A stretch of DNA of 55,898 nucleotides from a virus (IMGVR_UViG_3300009160_000053:1-55898); one strand, 5' to 3'; positions 36,235 to 45,996 are shown, counted from the stretch's first letter. Numbers and translations are program-made. Notes: generated from the sequence alone by a model not told the origin.

Positions 36235-37956
36235 TCAGATTAAGGCTGTGATTTCACCACAGCCAAAGGCCGGGCTTTGGACTTGAAGGAAAGCCAAGCC
36301 ACCACGCTGTTCTGAGATCTCTTTCTTAAGAATTTCGACTGCTTGCTTTTCAAGCCTTTCTGCGACTTCAAGCTCGGTCGCAAGACTTGATTGAACCATT
36401 GCTCTTAGAGCTGGGTAGTTTCGAATGTCCATTCTGTCGGAATCGTTTGCTTTGATCAGCCAACGTTTTTTCGCGAGAACATTAATTGTCTTAACGTCTA
36501 CTGCTTGGTTTGTACCAGTTGTAATCTGGCTATCATAATCGTGAGAGTTCCTTACAAAATATTTTTTCAGCAACTGCCCATCCTTGTATTCCTCACCACG
36601 ATCGATAAGAAGGTCATACCCCTCGCTTCCGCTTTGATAAGAAGGCCCGTTCATGTGGTAATCGTGGAATCTATTAAACACAGGTTGAGGGATGTCCCCC
36701 ATCGTCGCCGTCAGGATCTGGCCTACAACTGGAGGTAGAAAGATTTCGCCATCCGTTGTCATGGCTATTTTATAACTTTCAATTGTTCCGTACCACTTGC
36801 CCATAGTGAATAGCTTCTCTTCTGCGTTGTTGAGAAGATTTCCAAGTTCTGCCGTGGAAAGCTTTAGCCCATTTGGGATATCGAGAGCGAGTCTAGCTTT
36901 CATATAGCCAAACGTATCTTTTCCAGAAGCTGTTCGGAGGGGTTCGTATGTATTGTGCCTCTTGGTTTCTAGCTCAACTATTAACTGCTCTTCCATTTGC
37001 TTAAAGGCGGCTTCTCGGTAGGCGTTTGCAATTTCAATACTTTTTTCATTATTTGGGTCTACTAGAAGACTCAAAACCCCGCATCGAATCTGATCATAAT
37101 CTGTAATTGCCAGCATACCTGAATCTTGGGATACGTACGTAAATGAAGGGACTACAAGACCATCTTTTACCCCATACCTACCAGCAGCAAGTAAAAGGCC
37201 TTTCTGAACAATCAAAAGATCCTGAGCCTTATTGATCACATCAATAAGCTTTTGATCATCCATCCGTAAGCCTTGATGAATGTCTAAAGCAAGTTTTGAT
37301 CGCACATAACCAAGAGTCCCGTAAGCAAACGAACTTCGCCTTGTCTGATAATTCAACCGTCTTGCGGATTCAAGAGCCATTTCCAGTTTTGTAGTAAGAC
37401 GCTCAACAGCTTTGTTTTCAAGTGTCTGAGCCATATCGAGTTGGTTATTTTCTTCCCGGAAAATGGCAAGAATCATTAATTTAAGGGCATCTACATCGTC
37501 AATAACCAAGAGATCAGTATCTAGCGAAGCTGGCCTGTAGTTAAGTTTTCCGGTCACCTCTACGAAAGCTGGGGCCGTCCCTTCAATTAAATACGTTCTT
37601 AAATCTGAAGAAGTAGGTACAAAGTTTAGGTTTACGACATCACCAGAATCGCAAAGGTAAGCCTGCACAGAGTTTGTAATGAAACCCTGCTGGGCAGTTG
37701 TAGTTGTGACTCGATTAGCGCTTTCCAAACCAAAACCAGCGTAGGTGCTTATTGAAGATAGACTTGGCGGTAATGTGAATTGATTGTTTACGACTGCAAC
37801 TGAAAACCTAGCAAGAACGCCAAGCCATGTTCTTTGGCTGTGTAATCGCCTTTGAGCTTCGTTGATCTTAAGAATAACCCTGGAATCAGAGGAACAGACT
37901 CCATTGTCAACGTAAGGGGCAAGAAGTTCTCGTGCCTCTAATAGAGTTGTTGCCAT
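36235..37956 (-). CDS. head-tail adaptor / tail tubular A-like protein, internally triplicated
   Basis: three units starting TLLEARELLA..INEAQRRL / TLGYVRSKLA..INKAQDLL / TFGYMKARLA..LNNAEEKL. Confidence 0.65.
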   Translation of the reverse strand: MATTLLEARELLAPYVDNGVCSSDSRVILKINEAQRRLHSQRTWLGVLARFSVAVVNNQFTLPPSLSSISTYAGFGLESANRVTTTTAQQGFITNSVQAYLCDSGDVVNLNFVPTSSDLRTYLIEGTAPAFVEVTGKLNYRPASLDTDLLVIDDVDALKLMILAIFREENNQLDMAQTLENKAVERLTTKLEMALESARRLNYQTRRSSFAYGTLGYVRSKLALDIHQGLRMDDQKLIDVINKAQDLLIVQKGLLLAAGRYGVKDGLVVPSFTYVSQDSGMLAITDYDQIRCGVLSLLVDPNNEKSIEIANAYREAAFKQMEEQLIVELETKRHNTYEPLRTASGKDTFGYMKARLALDIPNGLKLSTAELGNLLNNAEEKLFTMGKWYGTIESYKIAMTTDGEIFLPPVVGQILTATMGDIPQPVFNRFHDYHMNGPSYQSGSEGYDLLIDRGEEYKDGQLLKKYFVRNSHDYDSQITTGTNQAVDVKTINVLAKKRWLIKANDSDRMDIRNYPALRAMVQSSLATELEVAERLEKQAVEILKKEISEQRGGLAFLQVQSPAFGCGEITALI

Positions 37957-37957
37957 A

Positions 37958-38314
37958 TTAGAACTTAAGAACTTTGAACTTAAAGGTTATAGTTGTTAGC
38001 GAAAGTGCTCCGGTTGTCTGAGCTCGTATAGTCACTGTATTTGCGGAAGAGACAGTTCCGGTAAGCCAAACATTTTGAGTTGAAAAAGAACCCTGTGGCG
38101 AAACAGCAACAATATCGCCAACAGAAGCTCCGGCAGCACCGTAAGTTGCATCCAGATACCCACCTGCGGGTATCGACCCCGATATAGAACATGTGGGTGA
38201 ATCAATAATAATATTTTGAGTCGGAGAAGACAGATATTGGGCAAAAAGATCCAGCATTTGCTGCGGAGTCCCGTAACAAGTTTGTGGGGGTAAAGAACCG
38301 GATATTAAGGCCAT
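37958..38314 (-). CDS. small tail structural protein
   Basis: GASVGDIVAVSP...GTVSSANTVTIR beta domain; TAA-N-ATG coupling. Confidence 0.65.
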   Translation of the reverse strand: MALISGSLPPQTCYGTPQQMLDLFAQYLSSPTQNIIIDSPTCSISGSIPAGGYLDATYGAAGASVGDIVAVSPQGSFSTQNVWLTGTVSSANTVTIRAQTTGALSLTTITFKFKVLKF

Positions 38315-38315
38315 A

Positions 38316-39065
38316 TCAGTATTTTATAGCCCAATAGAAAAAGGCAAGTGGGGGTATGTTGCTGTGCTCAGTAGCAGTGTTTTCTGTGGTACTGTAAGTA
38401 AGATCAAAGCTAAAGTTCACAGCTTCACTACCGTCTAGCCTGCCTCTTGGTTGGTCATCGTTGCCGCTGCACCTATTTCCACCCTCAACCCTGCCATTTA
38501 CAAAACCAGCAGTAATTGAACTTATCGTATGAGTATGCGAAAGCGTTGGAACTTGATCGGTGTTTAAGGCAGTGCATTCCACCCCACCTGTTGTGCCTAA
38601 GAATGGTTGAACATTGCCGGCCACAGAAGCTGTAATACGACCCGAGGCTACTGAACCGCCCATGCTTTCAACTCCTGCAATAACTCTTCCACGTAAGTCG
38701 GGAAGACCAAATGTAAGGCGACCGTCTCCACTACCATATGAAACACCAATTACAGAGAATAGTCTTGAGTATAGATTTCTGCTGATGCTTTGTCCTCGAC
38801 AATATAACCACCCAGCAGGCGGTTGATCTGTTGGGAAGGGAAATATGGCGCCTGGAAAATCAAAGTTAACGCTAGCCGTAGAAGTTGCGTCAGGAGGGTC
38901 AATGTATATGTTTTGTCCTGCAGATATCTGTGAAACTCCAGGTTGAGCTCCAGTGATGTTTAAGTCACCTATCCTGGCCAAAATAGTGGTATTCTGGTAG
39001 ACGAAAGGGATAAACGTATCCGTTTTCTTTGGGCTTACAATTTCGGGTAAATAGCTAATTTTCAT
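38316..39065 (-). CDS. tail collar domain protein
   Basis: PGAIFPF...PAGWLYCRGQSISRNLYSRLFSVIG..YG.GDG..TFGLPDLRGR. Confidence 0.9.
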   Translation of the reverse strand: MKISYLPEIVSPKKTDTFIPFVYQNTTILARIGDLNITGAQPGVSQISAGQNIYIDPPDATSTASVNFDFPGAIFPFPTDQPPAGWLYCRGQSISRNLYSRLFSVIGVSYGSGDGRLTFGLPDLRGRVIAGVESMGGSVASGRITASVAGNVQPFLGTTGGVECTALNTDQVPTLSHTHTISSITAGFVNGRVEGGNRCSGNDDQPRGRLDGSEAVNFSFDLTYSTTENTATEHSNIPPLAFFYWAIKY

Positions 39066-39895
39066 ATTTTTATAATATACCTCAACAGAATAAATGGAGG
39101 TAAATGAGAATGCTCTGTTGACGAGGTAACACCACTAGCGCCTCCAGAAGGATTTGATATTGTCAAAGGTAGTGTCGTAGAAGCCGTCCTCCCGCCACCA
39201 GATGTTGTTGAAAAATCGTACTCCAAACCAGCTCCTGAGCGTGTTCCACCACTACGACCATTTCGGAAATAACCCTGAGTAAAAGTAGAGCTTAACGTGT
39301 GGTAATGTTTTTTAAGTGGAATTTGTGCTTGAGTAAGTGATACACCTTTAGCGCCAACAGTACCGCCAAGAGTATTCCTGGCACTCCCACACCAGGTTTC
39401 GGTAAGTACGCCAGCCGCTAAAGCATCGACGGTGTCTAGGCCGCAAATAACACGACCGCTCAGGTTTGGGAGATTGAAGGTAGTCCCACCAGCTGTTCCG
39501 CCGTACTTTATGCCGATAGCCGCATACAATGCTGCAGTAGTCCCAGTCTTTGATACTGCTTGCCCGTTGCACTCAAGCCATCCGCTTGGGATTGCCAGAT
39601 TAGCGACACCGTTGACGTGAGTTCCTGCATAAAGACACATTAGACCCGGGGCATTAAAACTTACTGTACCACTTGTCGTAATTGGAAAACTAGAAAGAGT
39701 TGTTCCTATTCCGGCATTTACTGTTTTAACCGTTGAAACGTCAAACAAATCTCGTATTTGGCCAATAGTAATTTGTTTTGTCACAAAGTCAGTTAGCAAT
39801 GTCCCTTCAGTGACCTCCCCTTGAATGCAAGGGATCACAGTTGCCAACGTTGGTAAGTCGGTATTAGTTAAGTCTGTAATTTTAAATGTCGCCAT
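39062..39895 (-). CDS. tail collar domain protein
   Basis: PSGWLECNGQAVS...LYAAIG.KYG...TFNLPNLSGR...HSHLPPFILLRYIIK. Confidence 0.9.
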   Translation of the reverse strand: MATFKITDLTNTDLPTLATVIPCIQGEVTEGTLLTDFVTKQITIGQIRDLFDVSTVKTVNAGIGTTLSSFPITTSGTVSFNAPGLMCLYAGTHVNGVANLAIPSGWLECNGQAVSKTGTTAALYAAIGIKYGGTAGGTTFNLPNLSGRVICGLDTVDALAAGVLTETWCGSARNTLGGTVGAKGVSLTQAQIPLKKHYHTLSSTFTQGYFRNGRSGGTRSGAGLEYDFSTTSGGGRTASTTLPLTISNPSGGASGVTSSTEHSHLPPFILLRYIIKI

Positions 39896-39896
39896 A

Positions 39897-40709
39897 TTAT
39901 GTCTTTATTAGGTAAGTAAGGAATATGCACGGGGGCATATTGTTGTGGGGTAAAACAGAGGTTAACGGTGCTGTGGGGTAGACTGGGACTGAAGTAGATA
40001 CATTGCTTTTTGAAAGTGGGTAGTCGGTTCCAGGCCCACCAATAGACCCAGGAGCTCCGTAATCACCAAAACTACCTGGAGGGGAACATTCACCATCAAA
40101 ATCTGAGCGGTCCCGATTGCCATAAACAATCATACTCCCAGAGGCAGTATGAGAATGATCACGAATGGGAGCATGAGCTGTGTTCAAGACAGTGTTCTCA
40201 GACCCTCCGGTTGAAGCGACCGTGAGTGAGTTTCCGGAGGCAAATATAGCGCCATTCAAAGGGTTAGAGGTTGTTGCGGAGGTCCCAAAAGGTATGCGAC
40301 CACGAAGATCTGGCACATTAAAAGTTGTTGTGGTGTTTCCAGACCCATATGTTGTACTTACCACTGCAAACAGATTTGCGTATTCAGCGCGACTAACCTC
40401 TTGTCCGTTACAATATAACCAGCCGGCAGGCTGTTCCGCATTCATCACGTACGGAACAATAATGCCTGGAAATGTAAAATTGATAATAACTTTGCGTTGG
40501 TTAAAGGATGGGCTTGATGTTGATATTGATATGTTTTGACCGCCAGTAAGGCCAGTAACAGTTCCGCCACCGCATAGATTTGTGGCGTTTGATACAAATG
40601 TCTTTCTCGTAATACCGTTAACTACAATAGGTAAAACACCAGAAGCTGGTACCTTTGGAAAGTTCCCATCAGGAACAAAAAGTGGTAGATTTCTAATACT
40701 GGTAGGCAT
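39897..40709 (-). CDS. tail collar domain protein
   Basis: PAGWLYCNGQEVSRAEYANLF...TFNVPDLRGR...HNNMPPCIFLTYLIK. Confidence 0.9.
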   Translation of the reverse strand: MPTSIRNLPLFVPDGNFPKVPASGVLPIVVNGITRKTFVSNATNLCGGGTVTGLTGGQNISISTSSPSFNQRKVIINFTFPGIIVPYVMNAEQPAGWLYCNGQEVSRAEYANLFAVVSTTYGSGNTTTTFNVPDLRGRIPFGTSATTSNPLNGAIFASGNSLTVASTGGSENTVLNTAHAPIRDHSHTASGSMIVYGNRDRSDFDGECSPPGSFGDYGAPGSIGGPGTDYPLSKSNVSTSVPVYPTAPLTSVLPHNNMPPCIFLTYLIKT

Positions 40710-41171
40710 TTAATTTAACTCCAGAAGATCACCATCTACTTGTAAGAAGCCAGACCCGGTGTAGTTTGAAATTGTCAATGGGTCACCGGTCTCAGTACCA
40801 AGATAGTCGTTTTCAACAGTAACGCCCTGGACTAGTTCTGAAAAATACCCCTGCCCGCAACCACACTCTAGAGCTGGGCATTCGTCATCTACGCTAATTG
40901 TTACATATATCGTAAACGTTCCTTGAGGATTAACTACAGTAAAACTGTATAAAGTCGCTATACTAGTTTGTGTGGGTACCCCAGATAATGTTCCTGACGA
41001 TGCGTTTAAGAGAAGCCCTTGTGGTAAATCGGGTGATACGGAATAACTGAGGGTAACTCCGGTTTGTGGCGGAGCAAGTGTCGGTTGCAAAATGCCAATG
41101 TTTTCCCCAACAGTCAACGTAAGTGTTGAAGCCGTATTATATGTGTATGATGTTATTGCGCTCATAAACAA
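40710..41171 (-). CDS. Ig-like (He_PIG-type) structural protein
   Basis: YSVSPDLPQGLLLNASSGTLSGVPT motif. Confidence 0.75.
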   Translation of the reverse strand: MFMSAITSYTYNTASTLTLTVGENIGILQPTLAPPQTGVTLSYSVSPDLPQGLLLNASSGTLSGVPTQTSIATLYSFTVVNPQGTFTIYVTISVDDECPALECGCGQGYFSELVQGVTVENDYLGTETGDPLTISNYTGSGFLQVDGDLLELN

Positions 41172-43759
41172 TTCCCCCCAACAGGCTCAACAAGCTTGGA
41201 AGCGTGGAACATTATTTTGTTAAGGGCAAACTGCCCCTCCCATTCGTACCTAAATTGAAAACTGTGACCAACTCTAGCTAGTGTCCCAGTAGATGTGACG
41301 CAGGAATTGTCAGGAGTTGGGAGACGAAGCTGAGATCTGTATTGGTCTTTGATATTGACTGGCTTGTAGAAGCCACATTCGGAAGCTGAAGGAATTACAA
41401 CAGGTGCTTCAAGAGCAACATAAGAAGTCCCAGTATTAAGGATAGTAACGACACCTGTAGAAGCGTTATAGCTTACATTACCTAGGATAAACTGAACATA
41501 AAAGTCGGTTGGAACTGCTGCATCAACAAGGCCTACTGCAGCATAGAGCCATGGATAAGTGCCTGTTGCGGGTAAAGTAGTGCCGGTCCAAAGAGCAGTA
41601 GTTAATACATCAGCAATGTCTTGCGCAGTGACAGGCCAACTCAGAATTGAAGTATTCCGTTCACTTAAAGTATTAAGATATGAACGCTCAACTGCTGAAG
41701 TTGCTAGATTTCCAACTCGACTACCAGTTGTGTTTGACAAACGAATGTAGAAGTCTTTTTGATCTTTAAAGTTAATGCGCCAGGTATTAGCTCGCTCTAC
41801 TGTTTTACCTGAAGCCTTGACAGTTTCAAACCCTTGAGTTGCACTCACGTTTGCAACAGAGGTGATGCAAGACTCAAGTTCAGAACAAGTATTAAAAGAA
41901 TGCCAAGGGAACCAACATGGATTTTCGTCTGGGCGATAGTACACATTCACTTTAGTATCTCCAGATAGCTCACCTATCCACATGTCGCCGCGCTCAAGTT
42001 TTTTTAAGTTCCAAGGACTATTGAAATCGTAACCTCGAGTTTCAACAGCAGCTTGTATTTTTTTGGCAGACTGCCCAAGAGGATAGTCAAATAGGGCCCA
42101 GGGATAGTTTTCCCAAAGGGTGTTACTATTGGAAATATTATCGTAGGAAAAGATAAAACATCTAGGCAGCCGGTTTGTAATCCCCGTAAGCAGTTGCAAA
42201 ACTTCAAGCCCAGTCCAAACACCGTCAAAAATGGCTGGCTGTTTTTCTCCAGAGGTTCCAAGGCTATTAAAGTCTAAAACACCGATACCTTGAAAGGATA
42301 TTGGACGTGTCTTAATTACCTCAGATTCAATGTTTTCTAAGTTTTCACGAGGGGAAACAGTGTATAATAACCGATTATCATGGTAGACCGCTGACCCTGC
42401 GCTTAAAAGCGACTCCGTATCGTAATCCATGATAATATCCATCTCAGTACTGATTGGCGTAACGTTGTAACCGTCCTGCTGTGCTCTTGCATTTCGGTAA
42501 GTGCGTATCCCGTCGAGGCTACGGAAAAACAAATCATTGTTAATTGCAACAACGGTTCTATCGCTTGTTAGGCCAATTCCAGAAAGAGCTACCCTTTGAA
42601 ATCCAGGTGTAGATTTCCAAAGGTCTCTAGGCACAGAAACTGCAAAAGACGATACCCCGGACTCACCGAAAACAAGCAACTCGCCTTGCCCAGTGGAAGT
42701 ATCTCCGGTTGGCATAAACGAAAGACCACGAATCGAGCCCATCTGAGAAGGTATTTGCAAAAAACCGCCTTCGTTTAGATATTGAGTTTCAGTAAACCGC
42801 AAAAGGTCTGACTCTTGACCTTCTTGAGCCTTCACGACAAAACCGCCAACACCAACATTTGTAATTGGAGTTGATATTGTAAATGTTGTGCCGCTTGCGG
42901 CGACTACACGCCATGTCCCATTGATGTTTGGTGTTGAGCTATGCCCAGATATTGAAACAACATCACCTGCTACAAAGCCATGAGTAGTTGTAGTTGAGAT
43001 TTGGCCATACGGACCCTGAAAAGATTGAACTATTGCTGTTTGGTTAGAAGAACCGCCAAAGACAATATCCCCGGCCTGGAATGAATCTTTTGTAGGGCTT
43101 GCAACAAACAAACGTCCCTGGCCATAGGCCATGTACGTCCCAATCGGCATTGTGTATGACAAAATATTTTCTGCGGTTGGGTCATTCTGATTGCTCCCAA
43201 CACCTGTCTGAAAAAGACTGTCGCCGTTCCAAACCCAAGGCCGGTCAACACCGTTTTGCATAATAAGATATTTTTCAGCCTGGCAAAAATAGACTTTCTT
43301 TGTTGCGTCTACTCGAAAGAGATTGTCTAAGTAAAACGGAGGATTGCTTATCAGCCCAGTGTAGCGAGTTGAACCAGGGTTAAAATTAATGTTAAGCCTA
43401 GATACAAAGCCTTGAACTGGGGAAATCCTAAATACGTACCCGCCAGCTACAGCAATAATACAGCTAAGATCTGGATTACTTTTGTTTACGTAAAAATAAG
43501 CGCCCTGAAAATAGTTACCTGTCTTAACCCCTGAAGAGTTTTTGCCAGAAGAAAACAAGGCTAAAGACCCAGGGTAATCCGGATCATCAGTCAAAAAGAC
43601 TTGTTGAAAGCCAGGACGAGTCTTTGCTCGCCCACCTCGCATGGTGACGTTTATGCCAACACGAACAGTATTCTTATTAGAGTTAAGCGGAGACCTAGAA
43701 GAGTCCATCCCACCACTCCAATCATACTGGCCATCGTTAATGATCAAATTGTCAGCCAT
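41162..43759 (-). CDS. tail nozzle / tubular B-like protein
   Basis: 865 aa; WSGGMDS...NVTMRGG.AKTRPG start, YGQGRLFVA, NDLFFRSLDGIR, ISTEM beta-propeller-type motifs; podoviral gene position. Confidence 0.7.
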   Translation of the reverse strand: MADNLIINDGQYDWSGGMDSSRSPLNSNKNTVRVGINVTMRGGRAKTRPGFQQVFLTDDPDYPGSLALFSSGKNSSGVKTGNYFQGAYFYVNKSNPDLSCIIAVAGGYVFRISPVQGFVSRLNINFNPGSTRYTGLISNPPFYLDNLFRVDATKKVYFCQAEKYLIMQNGVDRPWVWNGDSLFQTGVGSNQNDPTAENILSYTMPIGTYMAYGQGRLFVASPTKDSFQAGDIVFGGSSNQTAIVQSFQGPYGQISTTTTHGFVAGDVVSISGHSSTPNINGTWRVVAASGTTFTISTPITNVGVGGFVVKAQEGQESDLLRFTETQYLNEGGFLQIPSQMGSIRGLSFMPTGDTSTGQGELLVFGESGVSSFAVSVPRDLWKSTPGFQRVALSGIGLTSDRTVVAINNDLFFRSLDGIRTYRNARAQQDGYNVTPISTEMDIIMDYDTESLLSAGSAVYHDNRLLYTVSPRENLENIESEVIKTRPISFQGIGVLDFNSLGTSGEKQPAIFDGVWTGLEVLQLLTGITNRLPRCFIFSYDNISNSNTLWENYPWALFDYPLGQSAKKIQAAVETRGYDFNSPWNLKKLERGDMWIGELSGDTKVNVYYRPDENPCWFPWHSFNTCSELESCITSVANVSATQGFETVKASGKTVERANTWRINFKDQKDFYIRLSNTTGSRVGNLATSAVERSYLNTLSERNTSILSWPVTAQDIADVLTTALWTGTTLPATGTYPWLYAAVGLVDAAVPTDFYVQFILGNVSYNASTGVVTILNTGTSYVALEAPVVIPSASECGFYKPVNIKDQYRSQLRLPTPDNSCVTSTGTLARVGHSFQFRYEWEGQFALNKIMFHASKLVEPVGGNCL

Positions 43760-43808
43760 AACCTTAAGCGGATTTGGACTTTAGAAATATCCGTCTCATT
43801 GTTTGAGT

Positions 43809-44240
43809 TTACCCTCTTTTAAATTTGCGCAATACGCCCCAATTATCTCTCCAGGAAGAGTTGGGGGAAAAATAGATAGACTTAGTTTTTGGAAGTCTAG
43901 TGCTTGGGACAGCGAATACCGCGTCTTGAGGGATATGATAAAAGATAAAGATATCACATACGTTTGGTTTATATTTCATCTTTTCTTTATTGATTTTCAA
44001 ATACGCTCCATACCCATAACCAGCTCCACGAACAGCTAAGAACTTCAGTTTGTTACGGGCGTGGGCATCGGAAGCGCCCATAGTACTCTTGACCTGAACT
44101 CGGCACAGTTTCCCCTTCCAATCAGTAATCAGATCGTACCCATCGTCAATTATAGGTGTGCTAACGAGAAAACCTTGTTCAAGAAGCTTTGCGACTACCT
44201 TCTGGACACCGACGGCACCAATCCGAAGGCTCACAGCCAC
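43809..44240 (-). CDS. PD-(D/E)XK endonuclease, group I intron-associated/homing type
   Basis: GF.VS.P.....YDLI.D......RVQVKS...Y...CDIFIFY motif. Confidence 0.8.
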   Translation of the reverse strand: MAVSLRIGAVGVQKVVAKLLEQGFLVSTPIIDDGYDLITDWKGKLCRVQVKSTMGASDAHARNKLKFLAVRGAGYGYGAYLKINKEKMKYKPNVCDIFIFYHIPQDAVFAVPSTRLPKTKSIYFSPNSSWRDNWGVLRKFKRG

Positions 44241-44764
44241 CCCCTACCAAGGACATTTGCGGCCAAACGTCTTCTCCTGTAAACGCCATCCCCGTCCCGG
44301 CTACCACCACCATTTGTATTCCCCTCAATTGTCACTAACCAATCCCCCTCGTTTTTCTCCACAAGGCCAACGTGCGCCACCCTGCCCATCGAATGGAACC
44401 AGATTCCAAAGACGTCTGCGGGTTTGAGCGGGGTTCCCTTCCTTTGTCGATCCCAGGTGGGTTTTGCAAGAAATGTCGGGCTCCAAGCCGACCTAGGGTA
44501 GGGATTAAATAGCGTTGCCCCAAAAGCCTTGTCGCCAACCCAAACAATAAATGCTGCGCACCAAGGTGATTTAGTGCCTTCAAGATTTACCGATGAAAGG
44601 ATCTCGTCCACCAAGGCCCCGTCGTTCCGTCCCGACAGTTCCCGAATTCCGATGCTTTTACGGGCCTGTTCGACGATGAGAACCCTCTGCGCCTCAGTTC
44701 CTGGGCCAGCCAGAGAGTCGGAAACAAACGCAAAAAGAATCGCAGCATATATTATTACTTGCAT
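44231..44764 (-). CDS. CHAP-domain endolysin with N-terminal signal peptide
   Basis: IGIRE...ND, PWCAAF (Cys), HVGLV (His), TIEGNT; ATG 44764 gives MQVIIYAAILFAFVSDSLA. Confidence 0.85.
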   Translation of the reverse strand: MQVIIYAAILFAFVSDSLAGPGTEAQRVLIVEQARKSIGIRELSGRNDGALVDEILSSVNLEGTKSPWCAAFIVWVGDKAFGATLFNPYPRSAWSPTFLAKPTWDRQRKGTPLKPADVFGIWFHSMGRVAHVGLVEKNEGDWLVTIEGNTNGGGSRDGDGVYRRRRLAANVLGRGWL

Positions 44765-45096
44765 GAAAGAATTGCTGCGATAAGAAGAACACCAAAAACA
44801 AACGAGAAGATTGCAAGTCTTGTCTTTGGGCAAGCCTCCTTCCAATCATCTTTTAAAACACCTTTGTCAACGTACTGGTCGAGAATCTTCCAATCCATTT
44901 GAAGCACCGACCAAGCTAGAAATGTGCAAAACAAAAACCGGACGGCTCCGAATGCAAGAACATGCAAGGAACCAAGATCAACAACGCCAGCTGTGCTGTC
45001 GAAACCCTGAAGAATAGGGCCTAGAAAAAAGAAAATGATGATAGCGACACTCAGAGCAACTAAGCCCTGAAAGCTATTTCGGATCCACCGAATCAC
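44755..45096 (-). CDS. putative holin (3 TM)
   Basis: three hydrophobic segments; directly upstream of the endolysin. Confidence 0.65.
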   Translation of the reverse strand: MIRWIRNSFQGLVALSVAIIIFFFLGPILQGFDSTAGVVDLGSLHVLAFGAVRFLFCTFLAWSVLQMDWKILDQYVDKGVLKDDWKEACPKTRLAIFSFVFGVLLIAAILSCK

Positions 45097-45506
45097 CAGG
45101 GTATCCCCACAAATTTACGAGCTATAGCCATAACCCCGCTAAATAAGAACCCACGGAAGACCCAAAGCACCAAAGCAATAATTGCGCCACGATAGATCCA
45201 CAATTCTTTAAGGGCTTTACGTTGTTTCTCTTTCCAGACGACTGCGTTCTTAACGGCTTCGTTCTTTTCTTTAATCGCCTGCTCTAAAGCCTCTGTATTG
45301 GCGTAACACGCCTCTTTAGCGGACTTTAATTGCTCTTTAGCGGCCTCTATATGCTTTTTAGCCTCTGGGTTCGCGACGGCAGAGGCAGCATCAAGCCTAG
45401 CCTCTGTGGTAGTGAAATTAGGTAGACCCCTGCTTGAAACTGTCGTACAACCCGAAAGAAAGAGACAAGCTAGTATCAAAAGCACGCTCATGGCTGATTT
45501 TGACAT
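45093..45506 (-). CDS. putative unimolecular spanin (lipoprotein with C-terminal TM)
   Basis: lipobox LSGC, coiled-coil middle, C-terminal GAIIALVLWVFRGFLFSGVMAI; within the lysis cassette. Confidence 0.6.
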   Translation of the reverse strand: MSKSAMSVLLILACLFLSGCTTVSSRGLPNFTTTEARLDAASAVANPEAKKHIEAAKEQLKSAKEACYANTEALEQAIKEKNEAVKNAVVWKEKQRKALKELWIYRGAIIALVLWVFRGFLFSGVMAIARKFVGIPW

Positions 45507-45530
45507 ACTTTTGTCTAGACGCAACAGAGG

Positions 45531-45761
45531 TTATTTTACTCCAAGTTTTTCGGCTACCCACGTTCCAACAAAAGAAAATAGGAGACCAATTGCCCCTGCC
45601 CACCCTACAACAAGATTGATATGTTTCTCCGCGTGATGCAAACGGTCTGAGTGACCAGAAAGCATCTCATCGTGCCGGCGAATTAAATCAACAACCGAGT
45701 CAAGCTTAGCATCAATTCCGGCAAGTTTTACGCAGATTTCGTTTACGTCTTTGCGGGGCAT
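45531..45761 (-). CDS. XhlA/holin-like membrane protein
   Basis: coiled coil followed by a single C-terminal TM helix (LVVGWAGAIGLLFSFVGTWV). Confidence 0.6.
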   Translation of the reverse strand: MPRKDVNEICVKLAGIDAKLDSVVDLIRRHDEMLSGHSDRLHHAEKHINLVVGWAGAIGLLFSFVGTWVAEKLGVK

Positions 45762-45996
45762 GTGTTTTCTCCAGTCGTTCTAACTTTTTATTTAAACGGT
45801 CTCGCACCGCTTCAGCATTAAGCGAAAATCCACAAATCCTAAAAAGAGGTTCAGTGATCTGAAAGAACTCTCTGAAATGTTCAGGAGTAAAAGCCCAATC
45901 AGGCTTTCTTTTGGTCCGACACGGTAAAGCGGCGAGATCAAGATCAGCTACAGCTTGCTCGACAATCGCTGCCGTAAGATCAAGCCATCCTCGCAT
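45712..45996 (-). CDS. hypothetical protein
   Basis: ATG 45996; LTAAIVEQAVAD...FF...ICG...EAVR pattern of small phage proteins. Confidence 0.55.
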   Translation of the reverse strand: MRGWLDLTAAIVEQAVADLDLAALPCRTKRKPDWAFTPEHFREFFQITEPLFRICGFSLNAEAVRDRLNKKLERLEKTHAPQRRKRNLRKTCRN

